The notes beneath the pieces are model-generated. The model was not told the DNA's origin, did not search any database, and saw only the letters and a list, made by a program, of their open reading frames with translations. Below are positions 37,854 to 49,872 of a DNA stretch of 63,919 bases, one piece after another (position 1 is the first letter of the stretch; every line of letters starts with the position of its first letter). Source of the DNA: Chara braunii (lineage: Eukaryota > Plantae > Charophyceae); the NCBI GenBank assembly GCA_003427395.1, contig BFEA01000045.1, positions 1,617,264 to 1,681,182 of the forward strand, in the 5' to 3' direction. Both the position numbers and the translations under genes were made by a program.

Positions 37854-40800
37854 ACGTCATTTTAGTATCAAACCAGTACGTGACCGTGTCGGCACTGCTA
37901 TCCAAGATATCGCCGCCTCACGCGTGCTGAACAATCGAAGGATCACTACTCATGTGGACATCTGGACGACAAAGCAACAACTTTGTCAAAATAAATTTAT
38001 ATATATCAATCTCTGCACTCATCCTCCCTTTTCCCTCGGCCGCGATTTTTGTGTCACGGTCCAACCGTGAAGGTAGTGCCTACTTGCACTGCTTTAACAC
38101 TATTTGAAACATGAAATTGGGCTTCTTTTGGCACCAGTTCCCCATACGTTGGTGATGACCATCAAAGAAAAGGTGCTAAATTCAGTCTTCCTCCATTTGA
38201 AAGCATAAGAAAAGTGACTACCCCCTTGCTATAGGACATCCTACCCTCTAGAAAGTGGTCAAGAATACCCCTTCTCCTCGTCCGAACAAATTGTTAAGAT
38301 CTCATAAGTTAGGCTGGCTTCACTGCAATACAGCATGATATTCCCCCTTTAAACGGTCCACTCCGGGCCAATAACAAGGCCGACTCCTAAGGCAACGTAC
38401 CCCTGCCCCGGATGCCTCCTAGTGAGAAGAAGTCCCAATCTCCAGGTGTAGACATTTTTTCTATACCTTCCTACTGAGGGTTGACTTAGACGAATCAAAA
38501 AATAGTTCAAGGGAGGAGTTAAAACTCTTTTTGGACGGGTACAGAGGGAAATGGTCATTCGGGATAGAATAGGATGATCCTTGGGGAAGATACTAAATTA
38601 TTTCTTTTCTTCATTTTCGTCATCTACGAATTCTATTTTTTCGACACCCGTCAATTCTTCTTTTTCACTATATTCTTCTTGTGACATACAGACAGGTAAA
38701 GAGTTGAAGAAGAGTAACATTTTCATCTTCCCTTAAACAAGCAAAATGTGGATCCCTTCTCACACATATTTTTTTACCTACCTGCACGATCAACAAAAAA
38801 AAACATCCCAACTCATCCATATCCCAACCAAAGTCAGCCCCCTTCTCACAAGCATGACATCACACACTTTACCTTTCCCTGAATTCCAAGCAAGGTCATG
38901 CAAGGTGTGGGTTCACACAGGTGTGCAAGGGAAACTGGGTCAACTTACAGGCAGACTGACCTTGAGTGAAGTTTGCCAAAATGTTCCACTTAAGAAGACC
39001 GTTTAAAACCTCGCCACTTGATAAGAGGATTGTCACAACAAGTCGTCAACAAGGTGTTAACACCATACCCGCAAAGTAATCACCTGCCGCAACACTCCCC
39101 CAACACACTATCAATCTCAACAATTTAATAGCACCTGAGTGTCGTCATCACTCGCCTCCAATTTCACTGCGCCACTATGGTGTCACACTCACCCCACTTT
39201 CAAGAGCACCACCACTTTGCGGTACCTTCCTTGCACTAATGCCCAGACACCACTTCTCGCAATTAGCACAAAAATACTGCCTCCACCGCTGTCAAAAATC
39301 AGCAACGCTTCTGCACCACTGCTGTTAAATCCAGCACCTGTTGTCGAATGTCGGTAGTGCTTCCGTGTTACCACCACCAAATACCAATGTTGCTGCTGCA
39401 AAATTTTGGCAGCGCTTCCCCGTCACCACACCCGCCGCCGTTACAAAAATTTAGTATCGCTGTCGGTGCGAATACCCTTACAAGGGTATCCGCCCTGGTT
39501 TTTGCAAGTGACAGAAGATAAGGTTTATTCAGGATCTGAGTATACCGTGCGAGGTTGCGGTCATGTTTGATTCGCGTTGACTAAATGGTTGGCGAGGAGA
39601 AGAGAGTGTTTGGGCGCGCAGTTTTGAGGCGCGCGCGGTGGTTTTTTTTCTCTTGAGGCTATAGAGCCGGTGTGTCCGCCGACAACATCTTTTGGCTTGA
39701 GTAAAGCTAAGGAAAGTTTCGTTTATTGAACTGACCGTGGTGCACCTTCATTCATGCGGCATGCGCCGTTCATAGTAGATTTGCTAGGTGGCGGCACACT
39801 TGTGCTGCATGTGCGACGGTAGCAAAAGGAAGAAATTTGCCCCTTCATACAACAAGGGTCGGAGCGTAGGCACCATAGACGCAGGCGGTGGCCGCCGCGC
39901 GGTATCATGGGGGCCACAGGTGTGACATACCGAGCAAAATACGGCCCCTATACGCATGTGCGTGCGTACAGGTCCGTGGGCTTGAGTGGGGGATCACGCA
40001 GCAGCCTTAGTACCGCTGCTACAGGCCCAGGCTGGCTGCGGCTACCGTTCATATACGGGGCCGCGCACAACCAGTCCAGGCTTGGGCTTAGCCCTATTGG
40101 TTATAGTGCCAGACTTTCACCAGGTGGATCCTGGGTTTGAGGCCAGCAGGGAGCAGCGGAGGAGTGCATTGGAGTGAGCTGAGGGGTTGAGGGTCCCGCA
40201 GGGCTATCCCCCTTGGCTTTTTGTTGGGGGCTCCGACAGCGGGCCCGCGAGGTGGGACCGAGGTTGGGTTCCGACGGTTCCGCTCCGCCTAGCCGCTCTT
40301 TCCTAAATTCTCTTCTAGAATTGTTATTATTCTTGTTTTTATTTTTCTTTTTATTTATTATTTATCTTATCCCACTACGGGACGCAGTCCGGTACCGGTC
40401 TCAGGACCGGCCGTGACCCCACGCATGAACTGTTGAGGCACGGGCCGAGGAGCCCAACGTACATGCGAGTCGGACGGTGATTAACCCACGAGGCGGAAGA
40501 AACCTGTGTGGCAGTTCAACGTCCGCCAACCCCGGTCTGCTAAGAAAAGGATTGAGTGGGAGTATGCCCGTCGGGGCCCGCGAGGCGCAGGACCGGTGAC
40601 ACAGATTCACCAAAGTCCTAAATGTATCATTTGTGTGCCTGTTGGCAGGCAGCCTGTGTGGTCGCGGGACAAGGGGAATTCGTGGTCAACAACTCTTGCA
40701 CCGATCGTGGGTGGTGTCGTAAGACCAACAAAGTATCAAGTCGTCACAACCGCGGACGGCCAGGGCCTTGTCCCATCTGAAAAGGAACAGCAGTGGGACC

Positions 40801-42489
40801 TGACCATGCCCAAAACTTCAGATTGGTCTGTCCCAGATCTGCATATTTTGTAGATTTGGGGCGTAGTGTGAGCATGCCTGTTGGGGCCTGAGAGGTGGTG
40901 AACTGTGCCAGGGCGGAGCGGCCCAAGGCACAGTGGGGAGGCATGTAACTGTAGCCAGCTGGTCGCATAGAAACCCCCCGTCCTGCTGTTTCATTTTATT
41001 TTTGTTTTATTTTTATTTTCGTGTACCCTTTTGTTTCCGGCCTGAGACACGGCCCATGTGCTGGTTCCGGGACTGGCAAAGGTACCCAAGAGCCTAGCTC
41101 AGTGGGTACGCGCATGAACTGTTGAAAATATAGACCTCTGCGTAAACCCAGATACAATCAGATGTTTAGAGTAATGTATTTTTTTTAAATTACCTAGAGG
41201 CCAGCCAGTCCCGAGGTATTACCTCATGGCCATGCCCACAGGTTGGTCCTTCGGGATGTCCGTTATGATTGGAACAATACCGAGGCTGCGGGGGCGGTCA
41301 CATGCGTTTGGGCATGTGCGGTGACTGAAAATCCGTGGGCTTTGCTGCTCCCCGAATTGTAGTCATGAGAGGCAACTTCTGCAGTAGGCCTGGCACCAGT
41401 TCCGAGACTGGTAGTAACACCAACTGGCTCGGCTCAGTTGGTACACCCGTGAACTGTTGAAGTGCAGACCTGTGTTCCTGCTCCGCTGGTACCAGGTAGG
41501 TGATACCAGCCGTGGGCCAGTCACTGTGCGTCCCCTCCGGTCCACTCCCCCTTTCGTTGTTCCTAATTCTTCTTCTAAGTTCTATCAATATTTTTAAATT
41601 TTTTATTTTTCTTATTTCTTATTTTAGTCTCAGGGGGACGCGGCCCGGTGCGGGTACCGGGACCGTCCGTGAGGGCCAAGAGCCTCGTTCAGTGGATACA
41701 CCACTGAACTGTGGAAATACAGACAGTGTCCCAGTCCTTCGGGACATCTAGTAGAGTTGGAACGGTATGGACGAGATTTGCATGGCCCCTGCGCAAGGTT
41801 GGCCCTACACGAATAAAGCCGAGGGGCAGCCCGACATCTCAGTTGCAGTGGCATACAGTGGGCTGCCGATTGCTGTGTGCCCACTCAGTCGAACCAGTCG
41901 CCGGGCGCTGCGCTAGCAGCAACGGGCGGGGGGAGGATGGTCGGGCAGCACAGCGCGAGCAGGGAGGAGGCAAGTGGTAGAGTCACGGACGAATCCGGGC
42001 TGGTTCTGGCGCAAGATGCACGTGGGGGAAGGGAAAGAAGGTGGCAGATGGGAGAGCGGGGCGCATCGAGGAAGTGGGGAAGAAAAAGGAGATAAGGTGG
42101 GGAGGAGAGTGACAACAGCGGGTGGTGTGCAGAGGGAGCGAGGCGGAGGAAAACCAGACAGCAGGCGCCAAGATCAGGAGAGGGAACCCGACCAAGAACT
42201 GGGCCGGGTGCAGGCTGAGATGGTGCAGAGGGAGATGGGATAAGCATTGAGCCTGAGGCAACGGCCGACGGGCACTAGGAGAGGTGAGGTGAGGTCGGAA
42301 CGAGCGAGCCGTAGAGCCACAGGGAGGTGCTTAGCAATAGCAGGTAGAATAACGCAGTAGGCAAGGAGCGCAGAGGGAGACAGGTTACGAAGGAGGGGAA
42401 AAGAATGAATGAACCCGGACAGGGGCAGGCGCCGGGTACATCCGGAAACAAAGATGGTGGAAGGGAGGGGAGAGAAGAGGTAGAGAGGG

Positions 42490-44700
42490 CGTACCTCGCT
42501 CATTCCGTGATGAAAGTGAGCAAGGAGAGGTGGTAAGTATAGGTTTTTTAGCCGGGCGAAGCGGATGGTAAGGTTAGATTGGTGGGAGGATTACTGGTTA
42601 GAGTGAGGAATGGAGAGATGGTTGCGCCTAGGCATCCGAAGATGGATACGGCCGGGAATGGAGATCGAGTATCTCTCTCGTTTCTTGGCGAAACCGAGCA
42701 AGAGAAGACTCGTTTCAGAGGCTTTTGGGCCAGGGCGAACTCATTAGTAAAGTTAGTTCTGCTGTTAGAGAAGTGGGAAAAGGGTGAGTAGGAGAAAGTA
42801 GCGCGAGGAGCTCGGGGAACGAAGATATGGAGGGAGCAAAAAGCAGATATCCCAGTCGATTCTTGATAGAATCGAGTGTGGGAAGGGGCTAATCTGGGTT
42901 TTTTGGCCATGACGAACAGGATGGCATAGTTAGTTTTCAGGTTGGGGCAGTGGTTTTCGAGATACAGTAGGTTTGGGCTGCGCCCAGGAGAAAGTGGTAA
43001 TGTACCTTCCCATGTTGGGGTGGAAGATACATTCTCAAGTTATATAACTTTTTTTATCACTAGTAGAGTGATGAATCTCGGGCTCATTGGTGTGGTCCTT
43101 GTCAGGATATGGTTCTTTACGTTCGTCACGATCGCGTTGCTCACACAATTGTTGGTGGTTATTCTTGTAATTCATCTCTTAATCTGAGTTGTGCTCGTCA
43201 GTACGATAGTATTCGTCGGGATGATCACAGCCATGCTGATTCGTGATCCTTTGTTGCTACACGGAAGCCTCCCTGTCCTTCAAAAGATCACGGTAAGCCT
43301 CCTCTGGAGTGATGACCTGTGCATGAGAGAGAGAAAGAGAGAGAGAGAGGGAGAGAAGATGAATAGGACGCTCAATACCTGGTTAGTTGAGCTGTCCAAT
43401 GCATCGCTTTACCTGGCCTGCACAAGACCAAGAAGATGGCATGTATGCATTTTTTTTTATTTTATTTTTTTTCTCTCTCAACTTTGATTTAGTTTTTGTT
43501 TATTATTATTGTTATTATTTTTTATTTTGAGTTAAGTTGACCGTAATTTTAGTCAGATGCATTCATGATAGTTGAGTGTAAGGGGGGACGAGTGATGGGA
43601 CGAGCACACTAAGAAGCCGTAGAGGGGCAGTTGTATGGGGGTAGCAGGTACAAGTACGAGGAGAAAAGTCATGCTGCCCATCTAGTAAGGAGCACGTACC
43701 TGGCCAAGATTGCACACTGATCCCTTGGAAACACAGGCTACAGATACTGAGGGAGACTCGTGGCAAAAGCTGATCTGTAGACTCACTTCTGAGAAAGAAC
43801 GCTTTGATTAAGCAAGGGACAAATTTGTGCATCTTGCCGGCACTTTGGCCCGACTTATTGAAAGGACAAAAACATGGTGAGCACGGGTAGCGCGACAAAA
43901 AGGGGGGGGGGCAGCCATAAGGAAGACAGGATGACTAATGCAGGGATGTAGAGCGGGACTGAATGAGAATGAGAGCAATGAATACAGTATGAGGAAGGGG
44001 GCATACCTGTCTGGCGGCAGTTTGTTCGAGCATCCTCGGTAGGTGCTCTAGTTGAAGATTGCAGGGAGGTTCACCTACTGGCTGCACTACCTATCCTACT
44101 CACCACGAGAGAGAGGAGCCAGCGGCAGACCTGAAGATTCGTTCGCTGGTCTGGGGCGCCGACAGTGCTACACAAAGCAGATGGAGTGAGGGCTGGTCGC
44201 TGCACGCTGCGCCATGCTGCCGCCCACTGCGGTTGAACCGCTGCTGGATGCTACTGCATGCTGCTGGATGCTACCTCATGCTGCTGGATGTTAGTGCATG
44301 CTGTCGGGGACTATTGCTTGCTACTATATACTGCTGTGCACATGATGCACACTGCTGCATACGGCGGGATAATGCTGCCTACTGTTGCAAGACTTGCTGC
44401 TAGGAGACAACTGTATGAGCAGAGAAAGCGGTGATCCGGCGACATGACAGACTAAATGGGCAGGCGCTATTCGCAGCAGACAGGAGTGGGCAGGTGTGGC
44501 AAGCTGTGTGGAACTTAGCGGGCGGCATCTGTATGTGGCTCACGGGTGTGCTTGCGAGAATCTGTCGTGGTTCGATGTTGCACTTCTGGCGGAGGGTGCT
44601 GTTTCCCCCACTCTGCTGGCATTGCTGCGCTACCGTGCGTAGCGGAAATTGCGGGGTTGGGCAGTACAGACCACTGCCTTGGCCGTACCTTGTCGTATTG
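42490..44700 (-). other. Putative antisense multi-exon transcription unit within LTR A (copy at ~55200-57420)
   Basis: Minus-strand splice signals: (CT)n-CATGCACAG acceptor ~43318, TTGTGCAG-GCCAG-GTAAAG ~43410, CAG|GTACGT ~43698, CAG|GTATGC ~44006, GAG|GTACGC ~42494. ORF segments at 42548-42910 and 55272-55724. Confidence 0.45.
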
Positions 44701-45178
44701 CTGCTCGCTGATTACGTACAATCGCTGTGAAGACAACGCCCTGTTGGTTCCGACTGCGACTATTGCGTTTCGAATACAACACGGGGGCGTGCTGTATTTG
44801 GACGTTGCATTTCTAGGCTGCGTAACTACGGTTTGGTCAGAGGGTAGTGTTGTGACTTTGGAGGAGAGGTTAGACTCAGCAAGGGGGTTCGGGGCTACGA
44901 CCTAAAGGTCCGTCAGGGTGCTGTTCTCTACATCCTGGTCGTTGTTTGACCACTCTTACTTCGTGTTCTTGGCCATCATTGTGGGGCCCTCAGACACATC
45001 CAGACTCCAAGTCCCTCTCCCGTGAGTCTGAGCGCACCTCCCTTGTATCTGAGAGTCTAAATATCTCCACCTCTACCCTTCTTACTCTAAGTCTAATCTA
45101 AGGTTGCAAGAGGAAGGCGGCAGGCGCGATTGCAACCCGTAGGACCGCGCCAAGGCCTCCGTGCGAGGTTCGCCTGAC

Positions 45179-45229
45179 CGATTGCGGGAGCTCTGCCGGA
45201 ACCCAGGCGGGGTTCTGGAGGCAGGGAAC
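45179..45229 (+). promoter_or_regulatory. Conserved hairpin upstream of the array (element A; copy ~57872-57922)
   Basis: CGATTGCGGGAGCTCTGCCGGAACCCAGGCGGGGTTCTGGAGGCAGGGAAC, followed by CAG|GTATAA. Confidence 0.65.
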
Positions 45230-45472
45230 TTCAGGTATAACATCGTTGACATGTGTGATCCCTTCCCCTAATGGCTATCCCTGGGTATCTAAATATAACA
45301 ATGACAGGATATTACTATTTCTTTTGTTATGTATGTAAGGACATGCTTGGTGAAAGGATAAATGAACAAGTATATATGAGAGGTCAGACAATGTTTGAGT
45401 AAAGTCAGACAGAATGAACAGGGGGAGGGTGGGAGGAAGGTGTATTGCATGCTTTGACCGGGGCAACCCAAG

Positions 45473-46737
45473 GCTGAGCTCCTCTAAGTTGACGTGTGCT
45501 TAGGGCTGTGTTTTATTTATGGTTGCTGGTAGATTGTATGATTTTGAGGGCAAGGCCTATCCTAAGTTGGACGGACCAGTCACTGTTTTTTTCTGGGGTT
45601 GCTGAACAGGAGGATGGGCACCCTAAGTTGGGAGGTCCCATAACCCTGGTGTTTCTTTTGTGGGTTGTTGAAAACAGGACTGGGCATACTCCAAGTTGCG
45701 TGGATCCAGTTCTGTGTGTTTCTTTTGAGGGGAATACCGGTATAAGGATGAGCGTACCCTTAAGTTAGGGCGGCTCAGTCATAAGCCATGAACGTAAAGG
45801 CTGACCAAAAGTATGCAAATTTGATATATATTATACGAACTTATATCATGTGGCAGACCGGGCACCCTAAGTTGGGAAAGCCAGTCCATAAGTCAGGAAG
45901 AATAAAATGAAGAGAAAGGTGAATGAAGAATATAATGAAGGTAACCAGGGCAGGCTGAGCGTACCCTTAAGTTAGAGCGGTTCGGTCCTATGCTCGTAAT
46001 AAGACAAAGGTGCAGAGAGTTAGTATAAACTTGTTTTATTTTCCCTTCTAAACACAAGGTAGGATTGGGTGTCTCCCTAAGTTGGGTAGGTCTGATTATC
46101 TGCCTAATAAGAAAGAAACATATGAAGTTCGTGCGAGTACATCAATGGTTGTTCGCCTATATTGTCGTTACGGAGGCCAAGCGTACCCTTAAGTTAGGGC
46201 GGCTTAGTCATACGTCGTTGTACTTTGTTCAGACATATCATGTCTTATGTAACTTAAACTGTTTAAGTTAGCTAGGCGTACCCTTAAGTTAGGGCGGTCT
46301 AGTTATATGCTCTTGTCGTTGATGTTATGTAGGTTGGACGTACCCTTAAGTTAGGGCGGTCTGACCATTCGTCGTCCGTACTCGTTTTAGGCAGGTTTGG
46401 GACACCCCTAAGTTGGAGCAGTCTAATCCTATGCCCTATGTGACTTGTGAAAAGCTGGTTAGACATACCCTTAAGTTAGGGCAGTCTACTCGTATGCTTC
46501 ATGTCGTCAGTTAAGCAGAAGCCAGACGTACCCTTAAGTTAGGGCGGTCTTGTCATATGTTTTATGACTAGAGTTTATCTGGTGTTGGGCATACCCTTAA
46601 GTTAGGGCAGTCTAGCTATGCGTACTTTACTTGTTTACTTGGGCAGGTTAGGCATACCCTTAAGTTAGGGCTTTGTCTGATCTTACGCTGTGCTTGGGGG
46701 CCCTTACTTAGGCAGGTTAGGCATACCCTTAAGTTGA
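45473..46737 (+). repeat. Hairpin array of element A: ~17 stem-loops with TAAGTT loop separated by dissimilar spacers
   Basis: Core GTACCCT-TAAGTT-AGGGCGGTC. Loops near 45485, 45563, 45624, 45692, 45761, 45868, 45968, 46078, 46190, 46285, 46347, 46409, 46472, 46535, 46598, 46661 and 46730. Confidence 0.9.
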
Positions 46738-48469
46738 CCTACTACTTGGGCGAATTGATGTGGGATTGTGAGAGATGTTTTTTATGCATGCTTGGGGGCT
46801 CTCACTTTGGGGCGTCCTTTGATAGGATAGTTGCTTTAAACGCTCGCCGAGTGCTGGAGCTATAGGTAGATAAGATGGATGATGGGAGGGAAAACTTGGG
46901 ATGAAGATAGGACTGACCCTGCTAGGAGTTAGGATCAGTGCTAGCCCACAATCTCATCTAGAGGTTGTACTGGCTCTCCTTGATCCTAAATGATCAAGCA
47001 GGTGCCGGAAGTTAGTCCCAATATAGTTGTTTTGTCTTTTCTGTCTTTTCAGCTATGTATAAATCTTCGCAGGCTCCTCTTCATATGGGAAGCCCTGCCG
47101 AAATTTCTACAAATGTAAAAGAGTTAGTCATTTTTAGACTTGTAGAAATTCTGAGAGGGCACTTTTCCTACTGGAAGCGCAGCCGAAATTTTGTAGAACT
47201 TGGAGAGTTAGATTATTTTAGCTAGGGGAAGTCTGACAATCCATCCTGTTTAGGGGATATGCTGCCGAAGTTTCCTACATAAACATAAGAGGTTAGTTAG
47301 GAAGGTAGGGTTATTTTTTTATCACTCAAGCATGGCTTGGGTACTGGCCTGGGCTGCATTGCAGGTCATCTTTATTCAGATTGATTCAAGGCTTGACTAA
47401 CATCAAGCTGATCCTACGGGGATCATCTTCTGTTTCCGGTTCAACTCTGATTCACTCTTGCCACTTAACCTAAAGGCTTTGGCCGTATGGTTTGATTTAT
47501 TCGTTGTGTTTTTACCCGGACTTTAATTGAATGGCCATTTAATAAAGATGCTGAGTACTTTATTTTGAGAGTTGCACAAAGAGTGAGGCTTGTATGGGTA
47601 AAGCAAGGGGTGTGAGCGCAAAGAATGGTTCAAGTTGACCCCGTGTAGTGTGTGCTCTGTTGATGTGGATCTTTGATGTGATTACTGATATGTTCTGTGA
47701 ATTGAAGTTCAGACTTGGTTTTGCGTATGATTATATATGTATATATATATTTGAAGGAAACCACACCGTGATTGTGAGAGTGATCGTCTCCTATCTCATA
47801 ACTTTACATCATATTTTCTAGTGTCAGCACGACCCATTGAGGTCGCGAACAGTGAGTAAATAAGTTATGCATCGAGAGAAAAGAGAGGTCCCTTCTTAAT
47901 TTTTGCGTTTTTAGAGTAACTACGGTTGGACGTTGTAGTCTGTGGCAACCGTCAAAGTCAAACCCCTTGATCTCTGGCTGCCACGACAGTTTGAGGTTGT
48001 CTACTCAACCCCCCTGCACAGGGTGCAGAAGAGGGTGTGGTCGTGAACCGCGCGTGGCGGTTGTCTGGCGTCGAGAGGTTATCCCTCAAAACGTTTGTCA
48101 GCCGACACTTGAGTGTCGAGCGAGACCCTCGAGATTATCAAGGGCCGCGAGGCTACACGTACCGTGCTGTACCCCATCAGCACGAATGCTTGCGCAGGCT
48201 CGCATGATTGATATAAGAAGGCCCTGCGCTCGCGCCATTTTATATTTAGTTCAGCGCGCGATGCTTATCTGACTTTGTTTCAAGGTTATGGGTCGGATAC
48301 CGAAGGGACTAGGAGTTGTGTTGTGGCGTTGTTTGTAGTGGTTATGTGTCTGTGTGTTAAGCGTGGTAAGTGTGAGTATTGCGGCGTAACGCGTGGTGTA
48401 TGTAGTGCGTCCTAGTCGACCGGCGACGAGTCGAGTCTGGGACCTCTGCCCCCCAGTACGTCGATTCGC

Positions 48470-48780
48470 GTACGGGTTCGATTTTTGGGCGTTCGACCGC
48501 GAGTACCCCCTATGCTACAGCGAGCGAGAAACGCCCTCGGTTGGGCCACCTCTGCAATTGCATACGAAAAGCCTTCGCATGTGGTTCAGTAGCTCGGCGG
48601 GGATACTCCCACCTAAGGGATGGTGACAGCTCCCGCAGGTGGAGGTAAGCGGAGCCTCGTGTGACCCTGTCCTGTCGCAGGGACTCGTGAGAGGTACGGC
48701 TGGCGCACTCGGCCGGAGCGGCAAACCGCGCTCTCCGCGACAAGTCCTGCCAAATCCTGCGTGACGCGGTCGGGAGGGCC
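48470..48780 (+). ncRNA. Conserved structured block at the LTR 3' end (U5), element A copy
   Basis: Homologous to the reverse complement of 13235-13530, with covarying helices. Confidence 0.5.
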
Positions 48781-48808
48781 CCCGTGCGGGACTGATGCGC
48801 ACGACAGG

Positions 48809-48828
48809 TGGCGCCGTTGCCGAGGATC
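48809..48828 (+). promoter_or_regulatory. Primer-binding site complementary to plant tRNA-Asp 3' end
   Basis: TGGCGCCGTTGCCGAGGATC, one mismatch to TGGCGCCGTTGCCGGGGATC, the usual Athila PBS. Confidence 0.92.
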
Positions 48829-49848
48829 TCGGCTGCCTACCGGGGTCCTTAAAAGAACGAACCCAGGTTAAGTAAAGGCTGATGATCCAAGCAAAACGAC
48901 AAATTTTGTTAATGGTGTTAGGTAAATGAGCGATGAGTAGTGTATTGAGGGTTTTTATGGGATTAGACTATTGAACGGGGATGCGAGATAAGAGACGTCT
49001 GTGTACCTTGACACCTAGTAGTGGTAACTGCNGCTAGAAGTTTGCGGGTTAAGGCACCATAGAGTAATACGGATGGTGCTATGCGTATCTAATGTCATAG
49101 ACTGATCGTCGTTCGCATTTGATGTGACTCTGCATATTCAGTTACCCAAGAAAGGATCTTTAGTACTTTAACATAATCGATGAGTTGCCTAAGTTGTCAT
49201 GGCAGTATCACAGTACGCTAGCGATAGGAAATAACTTGGCTAAGGAAGATATATTTTCTGCTTACCTAAGGACTCTCGTAATGAAAAGTCATAGACATTT
49301 TATCTATCTAAGCATTTGAGTTTGTCATTTTGAGATGAAACTTTTCAGTCTATCTATAAAATTCATCCATCTGCATGAAAATTTTTCTTTTAAGTAAGCA
49401 TGTATAAATATTGACCCATATAAGACTATGAACTTGATGTTATTTATCTTAGCCTTATTCATCTATGACTAGCGACATGAACTATCTGTCTACTTTTATT
49501 CTACTTATGTATAACCCTTTGGATCTGTGTTTCATATCTAGTTTATTTTTGAATCTATATGCATGGGATGATCTTTTAAAAGGGGTCAGAAATGTTATAT
49601 AGAATCCACGTCCGATGCGGATTCGGAGGTGAATGGAGTGACCAGTTCCTTGGGAAAGTGAATTTCGCGAGAAAATGGTCAATGTGTGAAGTCTACTCTA
49701 AGAAAGTTACAACCCCATGTTATTATTTCCATGAAAGATGGCTTTGAAGAAATTATAATCTAGTCTTGAAAGTGGTAGTGAGACCCACGCCGGAACTATG
49801 TTCCTGGTCCATAGTGGGGTGTTGTCATCTGATCCCTCGTGGTAAAAT

Positions 49849-49872
49849 GACTACACTACTACTGAAAAGGAA
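49849..49872 (+). pseudogene. Possible pol (RNase H) remnant
   Basis: Translates DYTTTEKE, matching the Ty3/gypsy RNase H motif NYTTTEKE. A weak integrase-like trace lies near 50720-50810. Confidence 0.45.

Larger units (their letters stand above)
39461..48806 (+). repeat. 5' LTR of element A (9346 bp)
   Basis: Starts TGTCGGTGCG, ends CGCACGACA 2 nt before the PBS; 39461-~47686 is repeated at 52179-~60426. Confidence 0.88.

Noticed and set aside
45750-46670. Telomeric TTAGGG repeats
   Set aside because: TTAGGG occurs singly as part of the hairpin arm and is lost in covariant units; it is not tandem.
45473-46737. Bona fide CRISPR array
   Set aside because: Eukaryotic LTR context, no cas genes, irregular spacer lengths in the first half and variable repeat stems. 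Kept as a hairpin array.
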